DNA of 64,000 bases from Octopus sinensis (taxonomy: Eukaryota): NCBI RefSeq assembly GCF_006345805.1, contig NC_043001.1, forward strand, positions 49,104,001 to 49,168,000. Reading direction: 5' to 3'. Below, in pieces: positions 26,601 through 42,059 of the stretch (within the stretch, counting starts at the first letter, position 1; the number at the start of each line of letters is the position of its first letter). Made by a program: the position numbers and the translations under genes. A model generated the notes under the pieces. It worked only from the letters and a program-made list of their open reading frames with translations, searched no databases and was not told the origin of the DNA.

Positions 26601-29600
26601 GGCTAGATAGAACCACAGAGAGCAGACAGTGAAATAATCCATCATCATCAATCAGTGTCAATTATACTGACTGGATACTGCTTTTAGGTAATTTTCAATT
26701 CCAATTATCTACCAATGATCCAATTCCTCGATGAATGCTGCTCCAAGAATTCACCAAGGAATTGGATTGTTGATAAACGTGTATGTGTGTGTATGTATGT
26801 GTATGTATATGCACATATTATAATCATCATTGTTTTACGCATCCACTTATCCATGCTTGTATGGGTCAGATTGTCTTTATTGAGGCAAGTTTCCTATGTC
26901 TGGATGCCCTTCCTGTCACCAACCCTTACCTGTTTCCAAGCAAGGTAATATTTCCCTATAGCCAGACAAATTTTTTGCAGAGTATTGGAAATAAATACCA
27001 CTGCTTGTATGACAGTGAGAGCCATCTGCAACTATTATGTGATGTCAAGACAAGGAGACACAAACACACACACACACACACACACAACGGGCTTCCATAC
27101 AGTTTTCGTCTCACAAGTCCATTTACTAGGCTTTGGTTAGCTTGGGTCAATAGCAGAAGACACTTGCCCAAGGTACCATACAGTAGGATTGAACCTGAAA
27201 CTATGTGGTTGGGAAGAAAATTTCTTAACCACATAGCCAAGCCTGATATACAAATATAATATATTCATCATCATCGTTTAATGTCTGTTTTCCATGCTAG
27301 CATGGGTTGGACGGTTCGACCAGGGTCTGGGAAGCCAGGAGGCTGCACCAGGCTCCAGTCTGATCTGGCAGTGTTTCTACAGCTGGATGCCCTTCCTAAT
27401 GCCAACCATTCCGTGGTTATTATATAAATATTATATAAATATAATACACTCTGTAATAAGGCATATATGTACTCCACAGGAGGTATCATAATTAGTCTAA
27501 GTGTATGTATGTGAGTGTGCACAAGTGTATACAATTACATAAATGTAGCTAATCATGCAGTGGCAGGGACAGTAGACTGTTGTTATGAAACATTGAGTTA
27601 GTAAATGAGATATGCTCACCCTAATAATTTAGGTAAAACCTCAGCACAGTTAATCACACGTGGGTGGTCCCTCATGTCATGTAAGACCTCGTACAGCTCA
27701 TCAAGTCTGATAAAATACAAGAGGTAAAAAAAACTGGTAACAGCAGCATATAATAGTCACTCATGTAAACGATGAAAACAGAATTATGAAACTACAGACA
27801 CACACAAGTAATCATATCTTTGGCCAAGTTGACATACAAGGTGTGGTGAATAAATTGTTGTCTAAATTATGCAAAAATGAAAATAACACTCTGTTGTGTC
27901 TAAGAAGGGTCATTCTCTTTTAGTGCCTTATAATTTAACACACACACTGGTAAAGTTTCCACTCATTTACTTACTTAGTCTTCTAAAATTTTTGTTGCGT
28001 TTTGCAACCTTTTCAATAGTTGTTGACTGTCCATTATCCAAGCTGCATTCTTTTTGTTTGTTTGTGTGTAAGCATATGGGTCAGTGTGTGAGCGCATGAC
28101 GACCTGATAGGACAAAATACTTAAGCAATCTTTAGCAGAACAGTCCACAACTCTTCTATTTTACAGTAGGTATGTAGATGACATTGATAGCCTAGTTAAG
28201 ACCAACTCCAGTAATGGTAATGTAGAAACTGAGAGGAACATAATGGAGAGCATCCAACAAGTAGCTAATTTCATCCACCAAAGTATCAAGGTAACTATAA
28301 ATTACCCCACAAGGTACCCCAACAATAGACTCCCCATCCTTGATACTGAACTTTGGTTAGAGACTGTGAACAGAGTGCAGCTCCTCCACTCCTATTACAT
28401 GAAACCCATAACTTCAAAATATGTTGTTCACAAGAACTCAGCTTTGTCACACAACATGAAAATTAATATACTGATAGCAGACTTGGTAAGGATAATGAAC
28501 AATGTGTCCCCACTAAGCAAACCCTATGAAATGAAGAAATATGTACAGAACTTCATGCACCGCATGCAATTCTCTAGATATGATCAGAAAGATAGGATTC
28601 GAGTATATAGGGGTGCTAGAAAGAAGTTAGATAACATATGTAATGAAACCAGTGGTACCTGCCCTAAATATAGAAACAACGACTGGAATATGATATACAA
28701 AGAGCTTGTGACAAAGCAAACAGGGTGAACACGTATAAAACTGACAAATATCAAGGAGTGATGTTTGTAGAGGCCACAGCCCATGGAGAACTAGCCTGTA
28801 GATTTAGAAAAGCTCTGAAGGAGACCAAACTCAACATTAAGTTTGTTGAAAAGCCAGAGAACTTCATCAAATCACAACTATGTAGAATGAACCCCTTTGA
28901 GAATACCATATGCACCAATGATAACTGCATCGTATGTAGGATTAGCCCTGGCATTAACTGTAGAACTAGAAATGTAGTCTACAGCATAAGATGCATAGAA
29001 GGTGCTTGTAAAGACATAAACATGACATACATAGGGGAGACATCTAGGTGCATTACAGAAAAACTAAATGACCATTTGAGACAATATGATGACAAAAAAC
29101 AGTCCTCTACACTCTACCAACATGCCAAGACCCAACGTGGAAACAGCCTGGGTCAACTTGATATCCACATTTCATCCAAGCACCCAAAGGACCCAACACT
29201 CAGACAAATACAAGAGTATGTCCTCATAAATGAAACATCTCCAGTACTAATTAGGAAATTCATAATGGTAATCATATCCCCATACACAAAGTTTACATTT
29301 ATATACATGTAGAATAGTTAGTATTTTTCCATGTGGCACTGATAAATTGTCTTACCGATGTAGAAACAACACAGTATCTTCTCATGTGGAAAGTACATGC
29401 TGTACCTTCCCATGTGGCAACCACACACTTTTCCTTTGTAACCCAGGTCACATTACTGATTCAGATACAAATGCTATGTTTGGAAATCCAAAAATAATGT
29501 GCTTTACACTCTTAATATGGGATGTGGAGCACAGCTTCTAACTTGAATGGGCTACCATATTTTGAAAGCACAACATATCAATGAGAAAGTATGCAATTGA

Positions 29601-32600
29601 GACAGTATCCCAACCAAGCAGTGAACTATACCAAACACAAGTATGGCAGACAGTAAGTTATTGCAAAGTTTGAGTCAACAATTAAAGTCAACAACCTTAA
29701 CTACCTCATCTACTAAGTTTCAATAATACTTTCCAGTTAATTCACAGGATAGTTAGAGCAGTGATTCCTGACATAGGGCATGCACCCCACCAGTGGGGCC
29801 TGAGAGCCCAAATATTTTTCTTTTTTTTTTAAGTGAGACATGGAATTATGAAAATCTTTTTTACCCAGCAAACATACTACATCCTATACTCAGCCTAACC
29901 AAACCACTCCCTCCAGCCAAGCATACTGTGTGAAGACTGTTAGCTACAATATAGTGCTATTCTAATACCCTAGTGTGGATATGACTTTAATGAAAGTATA
30001 TAATTATTAGAAGTCAATAAATTATTAATCCTTTTGCATATGCCACTGGTGGGGCATACATTTTTCTGGAAAGTTATAGTGGGGCCTGGGAGAAAACAGG
30101 TTGGGAAACACTGGGTTAGAGTATCAGAAATAATACCTTGTTATATTTAGATTACATTTTGAGTTCAAATTCTATTAAGATCAACTTCCAGAGTATATAA
30201 AATAAAGCACCAGTTACGTAACAGATTGATAATATACCTTTCTGCTATAGGCACAAAGCATGAAATTTTCGTGGGAGGGAGCTAGTTGATTATATTGAAT
30301 CCCAGTGTTTAACAGGTACTTATTTCATCAACCCTAAAAGGTTCAAAGATAAAGTCAACCTTGATGAAGTTTGAACTCAGGACATACAGACAGACGAAAT
30401 GCTGCTAAGCATTTTGTCTGGCATACTAGCGATTCTGGCAGCTTGTGATTATAGATCCCCACCAAATTCAAGGTCTTATACCCATGTTAGAGGTCAAAAT
30501 TGCCAATGGTTAGTCATCATCGAAAAGGATCCTAGTCTTGACAGGCAGTTGAATTTTTATTTACCTGTTGATTGTGTCCCCATGGCCACTGTCTGGACTC
30601 ATGATGAAATTAAATAATGGGTTGTATGCAGATTTCTGTAAGGCCTGGACAGAAGAAGAATCGGGTTCAATGCTGTTTACATCACCCTTCTTCAATTTCT
30701 CACTTGCTTCAAGAAGTGCTGTCAAACATGGAAGCTCTAAAAGACGGTGGAATACCTGGAAACAGACATCAGGATGTAATAAGAACATATAAGAGTAAAC
30801 AGATTGGGAAAATATATTCATGTTGTACATTCTACACCAGGCAAATATTATATATATCTTCTGAGTCTAGCTTAATAGAATATAAAACCATTAACATGCA
30901 AAACTGCAGAAACAGCTTGTTTTATTTTTAATTAAAGCATTTTTTTGCCATCAATTATATATATACTTTTTTTTTGCCATGAATTGTAATGAAAACATTG
31001 CTGGAGGTTGAATGAGGGAAACTGTGGCTTTAGGGGAAATATGAAATGAAGCCATTATTCAAATCTGGCTTATGATACCATTTTGATGATTTCTTTATCT
31101 AACTTTGGTATGAAAATAACAAAATTCAGTATAAAAAATAGAACAAATATCCCCAATTTTACAGTATCCTCAACCACATTACCATTTTATATAAAACAAA
31201 TAAACAAACAAACAAAAGTGAGTTATACCTCAAGTGCTGTACTCTGAGTAATCATGGCAGGTAAAAGGTCTTCAAATTCTTTGACAAATGTTGGAGGATT
31301 CCAAGCAAGGATCTGCAGTGAGAAATTTACTCAGTTAATACATTACAGTCCAGTGTGGTATAGAATAGTCAACACATGGTATATTACAGTCACCTAGAGG
31401 TAGGTGGGTGGATTGGTGGATGGTTGGTAGTGATGTTGAGGATGGTAGAGGAAGAGGTGAAATTCATAGGAGTGAAAAGTGTTAGTAGTAGTAGAAGTAG
31501 TAGTAGTAGTAACAGTACCTTAAAAATATTGGGGAAGTACTTTGAGAGGATGTTTGTCTTATAACACAGTGTTTCAAGGTTGTCTCGTAAAAACATAACA
31601 GTGTCGAACACAAAATGACACTGGTTGTATTTCTGGCTGAGGAGTTGTCCAAAGAACAAGTCATATGCAGACTGAGGATCATGCACCATGGTGCTACCTG
31701 CAAAAACAAAACAAAACAAAACAACAACAACATAAGTCAACATCATCTATCATGTGTTTTGTTTCTATGTTAAATTCTCAAAGCATCTTCAGAGTATAAT
31801 CCGCATATTTTTCCCCAAAATTTAAAGGCCAAAATCCCTAGTGCGTACTATATACAAGGTTAAAAATGAAAAATATTTTCTAAGCAATGTCCGAGACTCT
31901 ATTTGCTGTCCGGCAATGTTTATTCAGACACATTTTGTGATGTCAGGCGTGAAAATACCTTAAGCTAAGCCAGAAAGCAATGAAGTCATAAAAGAATCAT
32001 CCATAATTTGCAGTAAGTAACATATATTAAACATTATTACTGTTATTTCTTTATTTTCTGCAAACAAAATGCACAAAAATGCTACACGTTTGCATTATGT
32101 TATATATACAATAATAATAAAGGACGTTACCGTATACATTTTTACAAACCAAGGACGTTATATAGACCTCCTTGACTCAAGTTAGAGAAAGGTTGCGTAT
32201 TATACACAAGGTTTAGGCTTTTCAGAGGTACAGCCCCCTAAAAATCCCCTGCGTATTATACTCAAGGGTGGACTATACTTGAGGATTTATGGTACCTTTA
32301 TTCCTAACACATAAGCATATTACTAGGAGAGGGTTTAAACTCAGAACACTAACATCTGACTGGAAAGGTATGTGAAGACAGTAAAGACAATGAATGAATG
32401 ACCTAAACAAAAGTCTTTCTCTCTCTCTCTTTCTCTCTTTCATTCTTCCTCCTCCTCCTTCATCATTGAGAGAAGCAGACTTGAAAGTCCTCACATTCTT
32501 TCGTGTCAGTTCTAGAACTTGACTGATACTTCATTTTATCAACCTCAGAAGGATGAAAAGACAAAGATGACTTCAGAACACAGAATCAGAAGAGATACTG

Positions 32601-35600
32601 CAAAGGCATATTGTAAATCGCTCTAACAATTCTGTCACCCCACCATCTTGATGATAAACCAAAAGGTCTAGACTGTCTCCAATGACTCTGTGAGCTATGC
32701 CGACAGAATGTAAGCCACTGCTAGAGCCTTCTATAATGGATATGTCAAAGGATAGAGCCTTAACTAATATGAATGAACTCTTCCCAAAGGTAAAAGTAGG
32801 TTTGCATAGGGCTAACACCCCTGTAGAGGCACATGGCTTTTTGGTTAGGGTGTTGGACTTATAATTGTGGTTTCGATTCCTGGACTGGGTATCATGTTGT
32901 GTTTTTGAGCAAAACACTTCATTAAACATTGCTCCAGTCCACTCAACTGACAAAAATGAGTATCCCTGCGATGAACCAGCATCCCATCCAGGTGGGTTAT
33001 ATATATATGCTATGAAACTGGGAAACCAGCCCTAATGAGTTGGTATGACTCAAGAAGGTAACTTTACCTTACTTAACACTCCTATATATATATAAAAAAA
33101 AGCAAAGGTACAGATGCATAGATGACAATTCAAAACCAACAAGATTTGGAAGAACAAAGCCTTCCCTCAAGGACACAGTGCAGCCAGGTCCAAAAGGAAA
33201 CTGCAAAGCAGGGGTCCAACTGGATTGATGCGGAACAGGCAGCCCATAGTTGAGAGCAGTAGAGAAAAGTTATTGATGACTGATGCTCCATAGGAAGCAA
33301 AGGGCTTAAGAAGAAGAAGAACCATCTACAGTGGTTCTCAGCCAGGGTCCATATGGTTAATGAGGGCCCATATAAGATTTTTGGGGGTCCATGCAACAAA
33401 GTAGTAAATTGGGTATACACAGTAGTATATTAAGGGTCTAGGAAATAATTTTGATTTAAACATATTTATTGCTAGAAGCAGCTCAGTTTCTTTCTTTAGC
33501 ATTTTACATAGTTCAACCTAAGCAAGTGAATGTGCGAAAAATAAAATAGGAATTTTGAAAGAAGTATCTATAAAACTAGTTTGTAAACAACGAATGACTA
33601 TGGGGGCCCATCAGATTAAAATAATACTCAAAGCGGTCCATAGATAAAAAACGATGATAATAATAATGTTTTCTGGTTTAAATACAAGGCCAGTAATTTG
33701 AGAGGGAAAGTGATAGTGGATTACACTGAACCCAACCCAGCACTTGACCGGTACTTGATTTTATCAACCTCCAAAAAGATGATTGGTAAAGTTGAGCTTG
33801 ATAAGATTTGAACCCGGACTGAAAAGTGGAGGGAGAAATACTGCAAGAAATTTTATCAGTTGCTCTAATGATTAAGCTGCTGTCCCTGAATGATGATGAT
33901 GATGATGATGACAGTTTTCCTTCAAGGGCAAAACACTTCAAATTGATATGGGAAAAAGAAACAGAGAATAAGTGGTGATTGTGTATTTTTTTACAAGAAT
34001 TTTATATATGTGACGACGTGAATAGGCACACATGTGGCTGTGTGGTAAGAAGCTTGCTTCTCAACCATATGATTCTGGGTTCATTCCATACCATGGCACC
34101 TTGGTGAGTGCCATCTACTATAATCCTGGGTGGACCAAATCTTTGTGGGTGGATTAGGTAGATGGAAACTAAAAGCTTGTCACATCTATGTGTGTATGTG
34201 TGTATGCATGTGAATGAGAGAGAGAGAGTGTGTGTGCATTCCCACCACTGCTTGACAACTAGTGTTGGTTTGTTGTCCCTGTAACTTAGCAGTTCATCAA
34301 ATGAGACCAGCAGAATAAGTATCAAACTGAAAAGAAAACAAGTACTGGGGTTTATTCATTTGACTGAAATCCTTCAAGGCAATGCCTCATATCATGGCTG
34401 CAGTCCAATGATTGAAACAAGTAAAAGGTAAAAAATGATCACAATCTAACTGAAATGAGATGCTTGTAATCGGGAGAAGAAACTTTATGCTAAGTTCAAA
34501 TCTTACCATGGTTAAGGTATAACATTCAAATGAGTAGTCAGTTAAGAAAGGTTAGCAATTAAAAGCTCAAACAAAAGTCTAAATTCGAACACTTATCCAA
34601 CCAATTACCAAAAAACAAGGAAATGTAAAAAATGTCTAAAGAAACTCATCATCATTATCACCATCAACACTTAATAACTGTTTTCTATGCTCACATGGGT
34701 TGGACAGCTTGAGAGAAACTGGCAAGGCCAGGGGTCACACCAGATTCCATTGCCTGTTTTGGTTTTGGTGTATACAGCTGGATGCCCTTCTTAACACCAA
34801 CCACTCTACACAGTGTACTGAGTGCTTTTTACATGACACCAGCACCCACACCAATGCTTTTTATGTGACCCCTTGGTCTTAGGATCTCAATTCTGTTGTG
34901 ATGGGTGGGTTTCTGAAGTACAGCAATGCACTGCATATCTCAGACCTCTGCCATCTTTGTAAAGTTCAGCCATTTGAGATCAGTCATAATACTTCACCCC
35001 ATGTCTTCCTGAGTTTCCCTCTTTCACAGCTTCCCTCCACTTTAAGAGATCATCACTTCTTTAAGCAGCTACCCTCATCCAGCTGCATCACATGACCAAA
35101 CCAGTGCAGTCTCCTCAAAATTAATAGTAAAAACGCCAAATCAGACTGGAACTTGGTGCAGCTCTCCAGCTATCAGGTTCAGTCAAACCTGTAACCCATG
35201 CCAGCATGGAAAGCAGATGCCAAATGATGATGATGATGATGATGATGATGAATGAAGATGAAATAAAAGAAACGATACTAACTGTGGTTAATGTAAAACT
35301 GTAGGAGGTTAACAAGGATTCTTGGTGTTCGGTTATTGTCTGTTGTCAGATTAGTAAAGAGTCTCTTCATCTCCGTAAATATCCTAGGGGTCTGTTCCTT
35401 GTCAACTTTACACACAGCATCTAGAATGTTCACAGTTTCTATCAGGCACTGCAAAGAGATGGAAATGACAGGTGTTCAGTTAGGAAGCACACAGATATTT
35501 ATAAACATGAATGTATAAAAACATATTACACACACAAACACTCATAAACAAGCATACAGTAAACTCCCTCTTCTCTAGTACTCAAATACCCAGGACTCTC

Positions 35601-38600
35601 AAGCAACTGCTTGACAACTGGTGCTGGTTTGTTTCTGTCCCTGTAACTTGGCAGTTCATCAAAAGGCACTGAGAGAATAAGTATCAAACTTGAAAGAAAA
35701 TAAGTGCTGGGGTTGATTCATTTGACTAAAACCCTTCAAGAATTTGTGCTAATTGGTGTTTATTAATTAATTGTCATTAAAAGAAAGAAAGCTTCCGCTG
35801 TATCAGAAATAAATTGTTACTTTACTAAGTACAGCATTTTGCCTTACTGTATTTACAGTATCTGTAATATATTTGAGTGGCTGTGTGGTAAGTAGCTTGT
35901 TTACCAACCACATGGCTCCGGGTTCAGTCCCACTGCGTGGCACCTTGGGCAAGTGTCTTCTACTATAGCCTCGGGCTGACCAAAGCCTTGTGAGTGGATT
36001 TGGTAGATGGAAACTGAAAGAAGCCTGTCGTATATATATATATGCATGTGTGTGTGTTTGTGTGTCTGTTGCTTGGCAACCGATGCTGGTGTGTTTATGT
36101 CTCCGTCACTTAGCGGTTTGGCAAAAAGAGACCGATAGAATAAGTACTGGGCTTACAAAGAATAAGTCCTAGGGTCGAGTTGCTCGATTAAAGGCGGTGC
36201 TCCAGCATGGCCGCAGTCAAATGACTGAAACGAGTAAAGCTTATTGTTAGTCCACATTATTCTGTAAGGAGCACAGGGTTGGTTTTCTGGTTTTTCAGGT
36301 ATATATATTTCTCCCTGAATGGGACACTGGTTTATCACAGAATAATTCATTTTTGCCAGCTGAGCAGACTGGAGCAACATGAAATGAAGTGTTTTGCTCA
36401 AGAACACAATGCATTGCCTGGTCCAGAAATCGAAACCACAATCTTACAATCATGAGTCTATCGCTCTAACCACTAAGTCATGCTCCTCCATAATAATAAA
36501 ACTTATGCTTTACTTGAGTTAATTTTTATTTCTTCCTGTTTCTCTAATTTTCTCTATAATTCAAATTCTAATGCTAATATATAGAGTTTTAATGTATATA
36601 TAATTCTTTAATGAACTTTGTAAAGTACTAGGGTAATTTAAAGCATGGTCACTTATCTGGAAAACTCAGTTATCTACTTGCCTCCTGGTCCCAGTGGTGC
36701 TGTATAAAGAGGAGTTTACTGCATAAACATGCACATCAATATACTAAAAAAACATGCATAATCATGTGCGCACGCACACACACATACACACAGAAACATA
36801 CATAAACACACACATGAATACATGTACTGACATAAATACATACATACACTCTGTAAGGTGGTTGGTGTTAAGAAGGGCACCAGCTGTAAAAACCCTGCCA
36901 AAACAGACAGTGAAGCTTAATGCAGTCTTCTGTCTAGCCAATTCCTGTCAAACAGTCCCACCCATGTCAGCATGGAAAACAAATGTTAAAAGATGATGAT
37001 GATAGACACAAATGGAAAATAAACAAAACACACACACACACAGAACATGTAAGAAGCAGACACAAATGCATCAACATATACACAATCCAAAATGTGTGCA
37101 CATTAGCAACATAACGCACACACACACACACACACAAATACATACACGGTATACAATATAGACATGTAAGCAATCAAATTTGTAAATGCACACTCTTGTT
37201 AAAAGACCCTCTCTCAAGCTGTATAATCATTCACACAGAGAGCCTTAATAACTGAAAGATGTGAATCCTTACAGCATTCTGGAAATCAATATCAGCAGCA
37301 ATCTTGGGTTCTGCAATAAAGAGAAGCGATAAAAGCCTTCACATCCTCTTTGCAATATAACAGTAGACAACATTTATTACCTAAGTCCAAGTGAACCAGC
37401 TATGGTTTACATTTAAAAACCATAGTTATATTTTGGGACGGTCATTTTTTTTTCTTGCCAAATAAATACACACACTATATATTTGTTCTTGTGAAGGTGC
37501 ATGGCTCAGTGGTTAGAGCATCAAACTTATGACCGAGAGGTTGTGAGTTTGAATCCCAGACGGGGCTGCGTGCTGTGTTCTTGAGCAAGACACTTTATTT
37601 CACGTTGCTCCGGTTCACTCAGCTGTAGAAATGAGTTGTGATGTCACTGGTGCCAAGCTATACTTGCCTTTGCCTTTCCCTTGGATAACATCTGTGGCAT
37701 AGATAATGGACGCTGGTATGCATGGGCGACTGCTGGCTTTCCATAAACAACCTTGCCCAGACTTGTACCTTGGAGGGTAACTTTCTAGGTGCAATCCTAT
37801 GGTCATTTGTGACCGAAAGGGGTCTCTGACTCCGACATTTGTTCTTCGCTCATTTCTTATTGTTCTTATTTTATCTAATGTCCAATGTCTGGAAATCTTT
37901 CATCACACATCTGTGACCCCTTCAATGACTCTTTTATCTGTTTCCTCCTGTTCTGTTGAGTTTATTCTGATGGAAGAGTCCCTGAAGAGATCACAGATGT
38001 GTGACAAAAGATTTCCAAACAATGGACATAAGATAAAATAAGAACAATAATAAATGAGTGAAGAATGAATATATAGTGTGTGTTTATTTGGCAAGCAATA
38101 AAAAAAAAATGACCATCTCAAAATAAAATAATATTTGTTTCAACACATGATTTCACATCAGGAATCTTGGAAAACAAATTCATAAACATTTAAAAACATT
38201 AGTTCAAAAATAATAAGTCTTTCTATTATAAGCACAAGGCCTGAAATTTAGTGGGGAGTAGGTTAGTCAATTACATCAACCCCAGTGCATAACTGGTACA
38301 TATTTCATTGATTTTGAAAAGATGAAAGGCAAAGTCAACCTAAACAGAATTTGAATTCAGAAAGTATAGCTGAAAAAAATGCTATGTATTTTGTCTGAAA
38401 TACTAATGATTCTACTAGCTCACTACCTTTATGGTTTCAAAATTTGGTACATGGCCAGCATATTTGGGGCAACGCCTTTGAGTTTGGAAATAATAATAAT
38501 AATCATTTTAGATTTTGGCACATGGTAAGAAAATTTAGGAGAATGCATTTGAAATAATAATAATTGTTTCAAATTTTGGAACAGGGCCAGTAATTTTTGA

Positions 38601-41600
38601 GGGGAGGGGGAGTTAATTATGATAACCCCAGTATTTGACTGGTAGTTATTTTATTGACTTTGTAAGGATGAAAGGCAAAGTCGACTTTAGTGGAATTTGA
38701 ACTCAGGATATAGACAGATGGAACACCAGAAAGCATTTTTTTTCAGTTTCTGCCAGTTTGCTACCTTAGAAATAGTAATGATGGTTTCAAACTTTGGCAC
38801 AAGGCCAGCAATTTTGGGGGAGGGGTAAGCTGATCACATCGACTCCATTGTTCAACTGGTACTTATGTTATTAACCCTGAAAGGATGAAAAGTAATGTCA
38901 GCCTTGGTGGAATTTGAACTCAGAATGTAAAGACAGACAAAATGCTGTTAAACATTTTGCCTGGCATGGTAATGATTCTGTCAGCTCACCACCTTTAGAA
39001 ATAATAATAATAATCTTTTCTACTGTAGGCACAAAGCCTAAAATTTGGTGGGATTGGTACTTATACACAACTGGTACTTATTTTATCGACTCCAAAAGGA
39101 TGAAAGGCAAAGTTGACTGCAGTAGAATTTGAACTCAGAACGCGAAGACAGACAAAATGCCGCTAAGCATTTTACCTTGCGCAGTAACGATTTTGCTAGC
39201 TCACTACTTTTAGAAATAGTAATAATAATAGACATTAATAAGGATCAATCGGGACAACAAAGAGTAGCAGATCCACTAATGTATAAACACAAACTGGTGA
39301 ATATAACATTTACATTAAAAATCTTAGCAGTTAATTTAGAAATTGATTCATAAGATTATTTCTCATTTCAAACATCAGTCCAAGGTGGGATACTTTGTTT
39401 TGTTTTACATCAGTAAAATGGCCTATCCTATTTGTGCTAAGTGGTTGACAAATTACCTGTGAAGCAAATATATCACTTATGGAAACTAAATAGTACAGTT
39501 GCAAGGGTCTTGTCAGTGGAGGTGGATACCTGGGAAGTTTCTCTCTAGGTCACAAATCTGGGCAGGGTTTTTTTTTTTGTGTCTGTGTTTCAAGGTAGAC
39601 CACAGTTTACTCAGGCAGTAAATCTACCCTTTCCATGCCATTAACCTTTTAGCATTTAAATTGGTCATATCTAGCCGAAATAGTCTGCTTGTTTTATGTT
39701 CAAACTGGCCAGATCTGACCTCTCACACCTGAGACCCCTTCGATCACAACACTGAGCATGGGATTGCACCTAGAAAGTTACCCTCCCAGGCACAAGTCTG
39801 GACAAGGTTGTTTATGGAAGACCAGTAGTTGCCCATGCATACCGGCCTCCCCTCTCCATGCTACCGATGTTATCCAAGGGAAAGGTAAAGGCCTATACAG
39901 CTTGGCACCTGTGATGTTGCAACTCATTTCTACAGCTGAGTGAACCGGAGCAACGTGAAATAAAGTGTCTTGCTCAAGAACACAACACGCAGCCTGGTCC
40001 GGGATTCAAGCTCACAACCTCACGATTGTAAGCTTGATGCTCTAACCACTGATCCATGCACCTTCACACCAATCCTACAATATCATTCTAAAGATTAACA
40101 GTTACCTCATCAAAATCTCATAGTTACAAAGTAGTGCATGATTAATTCAAAACAATGTGAATAGAAAAAGGCATTAATTTTGGAAGAATAATGAGAATGC
40201 TAAAAGGTCAATGTTTTTCAAAGGAAAGACAAAGATCAATACAGCTTAGCTCCATTGAATTTTAAGATGAACACAGACTGAAAAAGGTTGGAACAAATGC
40301 CACATTTTGACTAATATGCTACTAATTCTGCCAATCCAACACTCTAGATTGGTGGTTTATTTTCTCAACTACTGAAGAATGAAAAGCAAAATTGAACTTA
40401 GCAGTAGAGTGACAATAGCAGAATCAATTTACAGTATCTAATTTGCGAAGCAAGAATGGTAGTCCTGTCAATCTTTCATGTCTTACATTAGTGCTTATAA
40501 TGTCTCTTATCCTTTATGCTAAATAGTTAAACGTTAATTCATCAGTTCATATGGTTCAAATAAGTGTGTGTGTGTGAGTTTACAAGAGAACTGAAACATT
40601 TCAGGCAGGGTATTTTATTAGAGAAAAAGCATTTTCTCCTTTCTTCTCCATCATAAGGCCCATAAGTTTCAAGTCTTCATGGCAAATAGACTTACTCAGT
40701 TTTGTTTAAATTGACAACAGCTTAGCCTGTTTCCATGTATGACTTCTATTTAGAGTGTAGCCTCTAAAAAAAAAAAATCTGAATAAAGTATTGTGTAGTA
40801 GAGTAAAATTACCAAATATTTACATTGCTCAGACTAACAGTTTAAGTCTAATTCACTACACACATTTCATTATAGATCTGGTCAGAACACTTTATTCTGC
40901 ATCCCTCATTTCATTTGTGCCTCAGAAATAGGTACCAGAACTTAAGTTACCAGGAATAGGTTATAGGTTTGTTTACATTCTCATAACTTAGTGGTTTGGC
41001 AAAAAGAGACCAATAGAATAGGCACCAGACTTCAAAAAAAAAAATAATAAATAAGTACTGGGCGGAGGTGGGGGGAATTTATTTGACTAAACCCTTCAAG
41101 ATGGTACTCCAATATAGTTTCAGTCCAATGACTAAAAGGTAAGCAATAAACGGAATAAAATATACTTACTTCTCTCACACTGGTCAAGGACTCTAAAGCA
41201 ATAGTCAATGACTCGGCTTGTGAGAAGAGCAAATTCTTTGGGTAGTGCTGGGCTGAGAGAGATTGAGGATGTACCCTGAGAAGAGGTTAGTGACTGCAGT
41301 TCATCAGATGTTGACGATACAACTGGAATGGTGTGTTTCAGCCATTGGTACAGCATTGAAAATGTGTACAAGTTCAAGAATTGGTCATCCGTATTGTACT
41401 GGGCTGTGGAGAGACGACAAAGTAACAATGTTTAGATAGGTTAATTTTACAGTGAAGAACATAATAGAGTTTATTTAGTGGTTTTGAAGGTAACACCATT
41501 CTGTCAGACATGTTAAGGGGTACAATAGCAACAGCTGCACTAATGTGGGAAAATATGGACCCCTTGAAATTTGATACAAGGTTTCACATTTTCTGTTATG

Positions 41601-42018
41601 CAGAAAATGATAAATGGAGTTTAAAGCAGGTGATAACAAAAGAAGAAAGTAATAAGATCATCATCATTATCATTGTTTAACATTCGCTTTCCATGCTAGC
41701 CAGACAGGAGACTGCACTAGACTTCTGTGTCTGTTTTGGAATGGTTTTTATGACTGGATGCCCTTTCTAACACCAACCACTCCAAGAGTGTAGTGGGTGC
41801 TTTTATGTGCCACCGGCACAAGGGCCAGTCTGGTGGTACTGGCAACAGCTACGCTCATGCTCAAATGGTGCTGTTTACGTGCCACTGGCATGGAAGCCAG
41901 ACAGCTGCTCTGGCAGTGATCCTGCCCAGATGGAGCTGTTAGCACTCCACTGGCATGGGTGCCAGTCATCAAATTTGGTTTATATATATATATATATATA
42001 AATAAATATATATATATG

Positions 42019-42059
<41 letters not shown>

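Noticed and set aside
28720-28730. TGA between the two PLE ORFs as a selenocysteine codon
   Set aside because: The downstream ORF is in another frame and the position is not a Cys column; this is a simple frameshift
37491-37570. tRNA gene
   Set aside because: The tRNA-like head runs into a SINE body and recurs in many decayed copies; no intact cloverleaf
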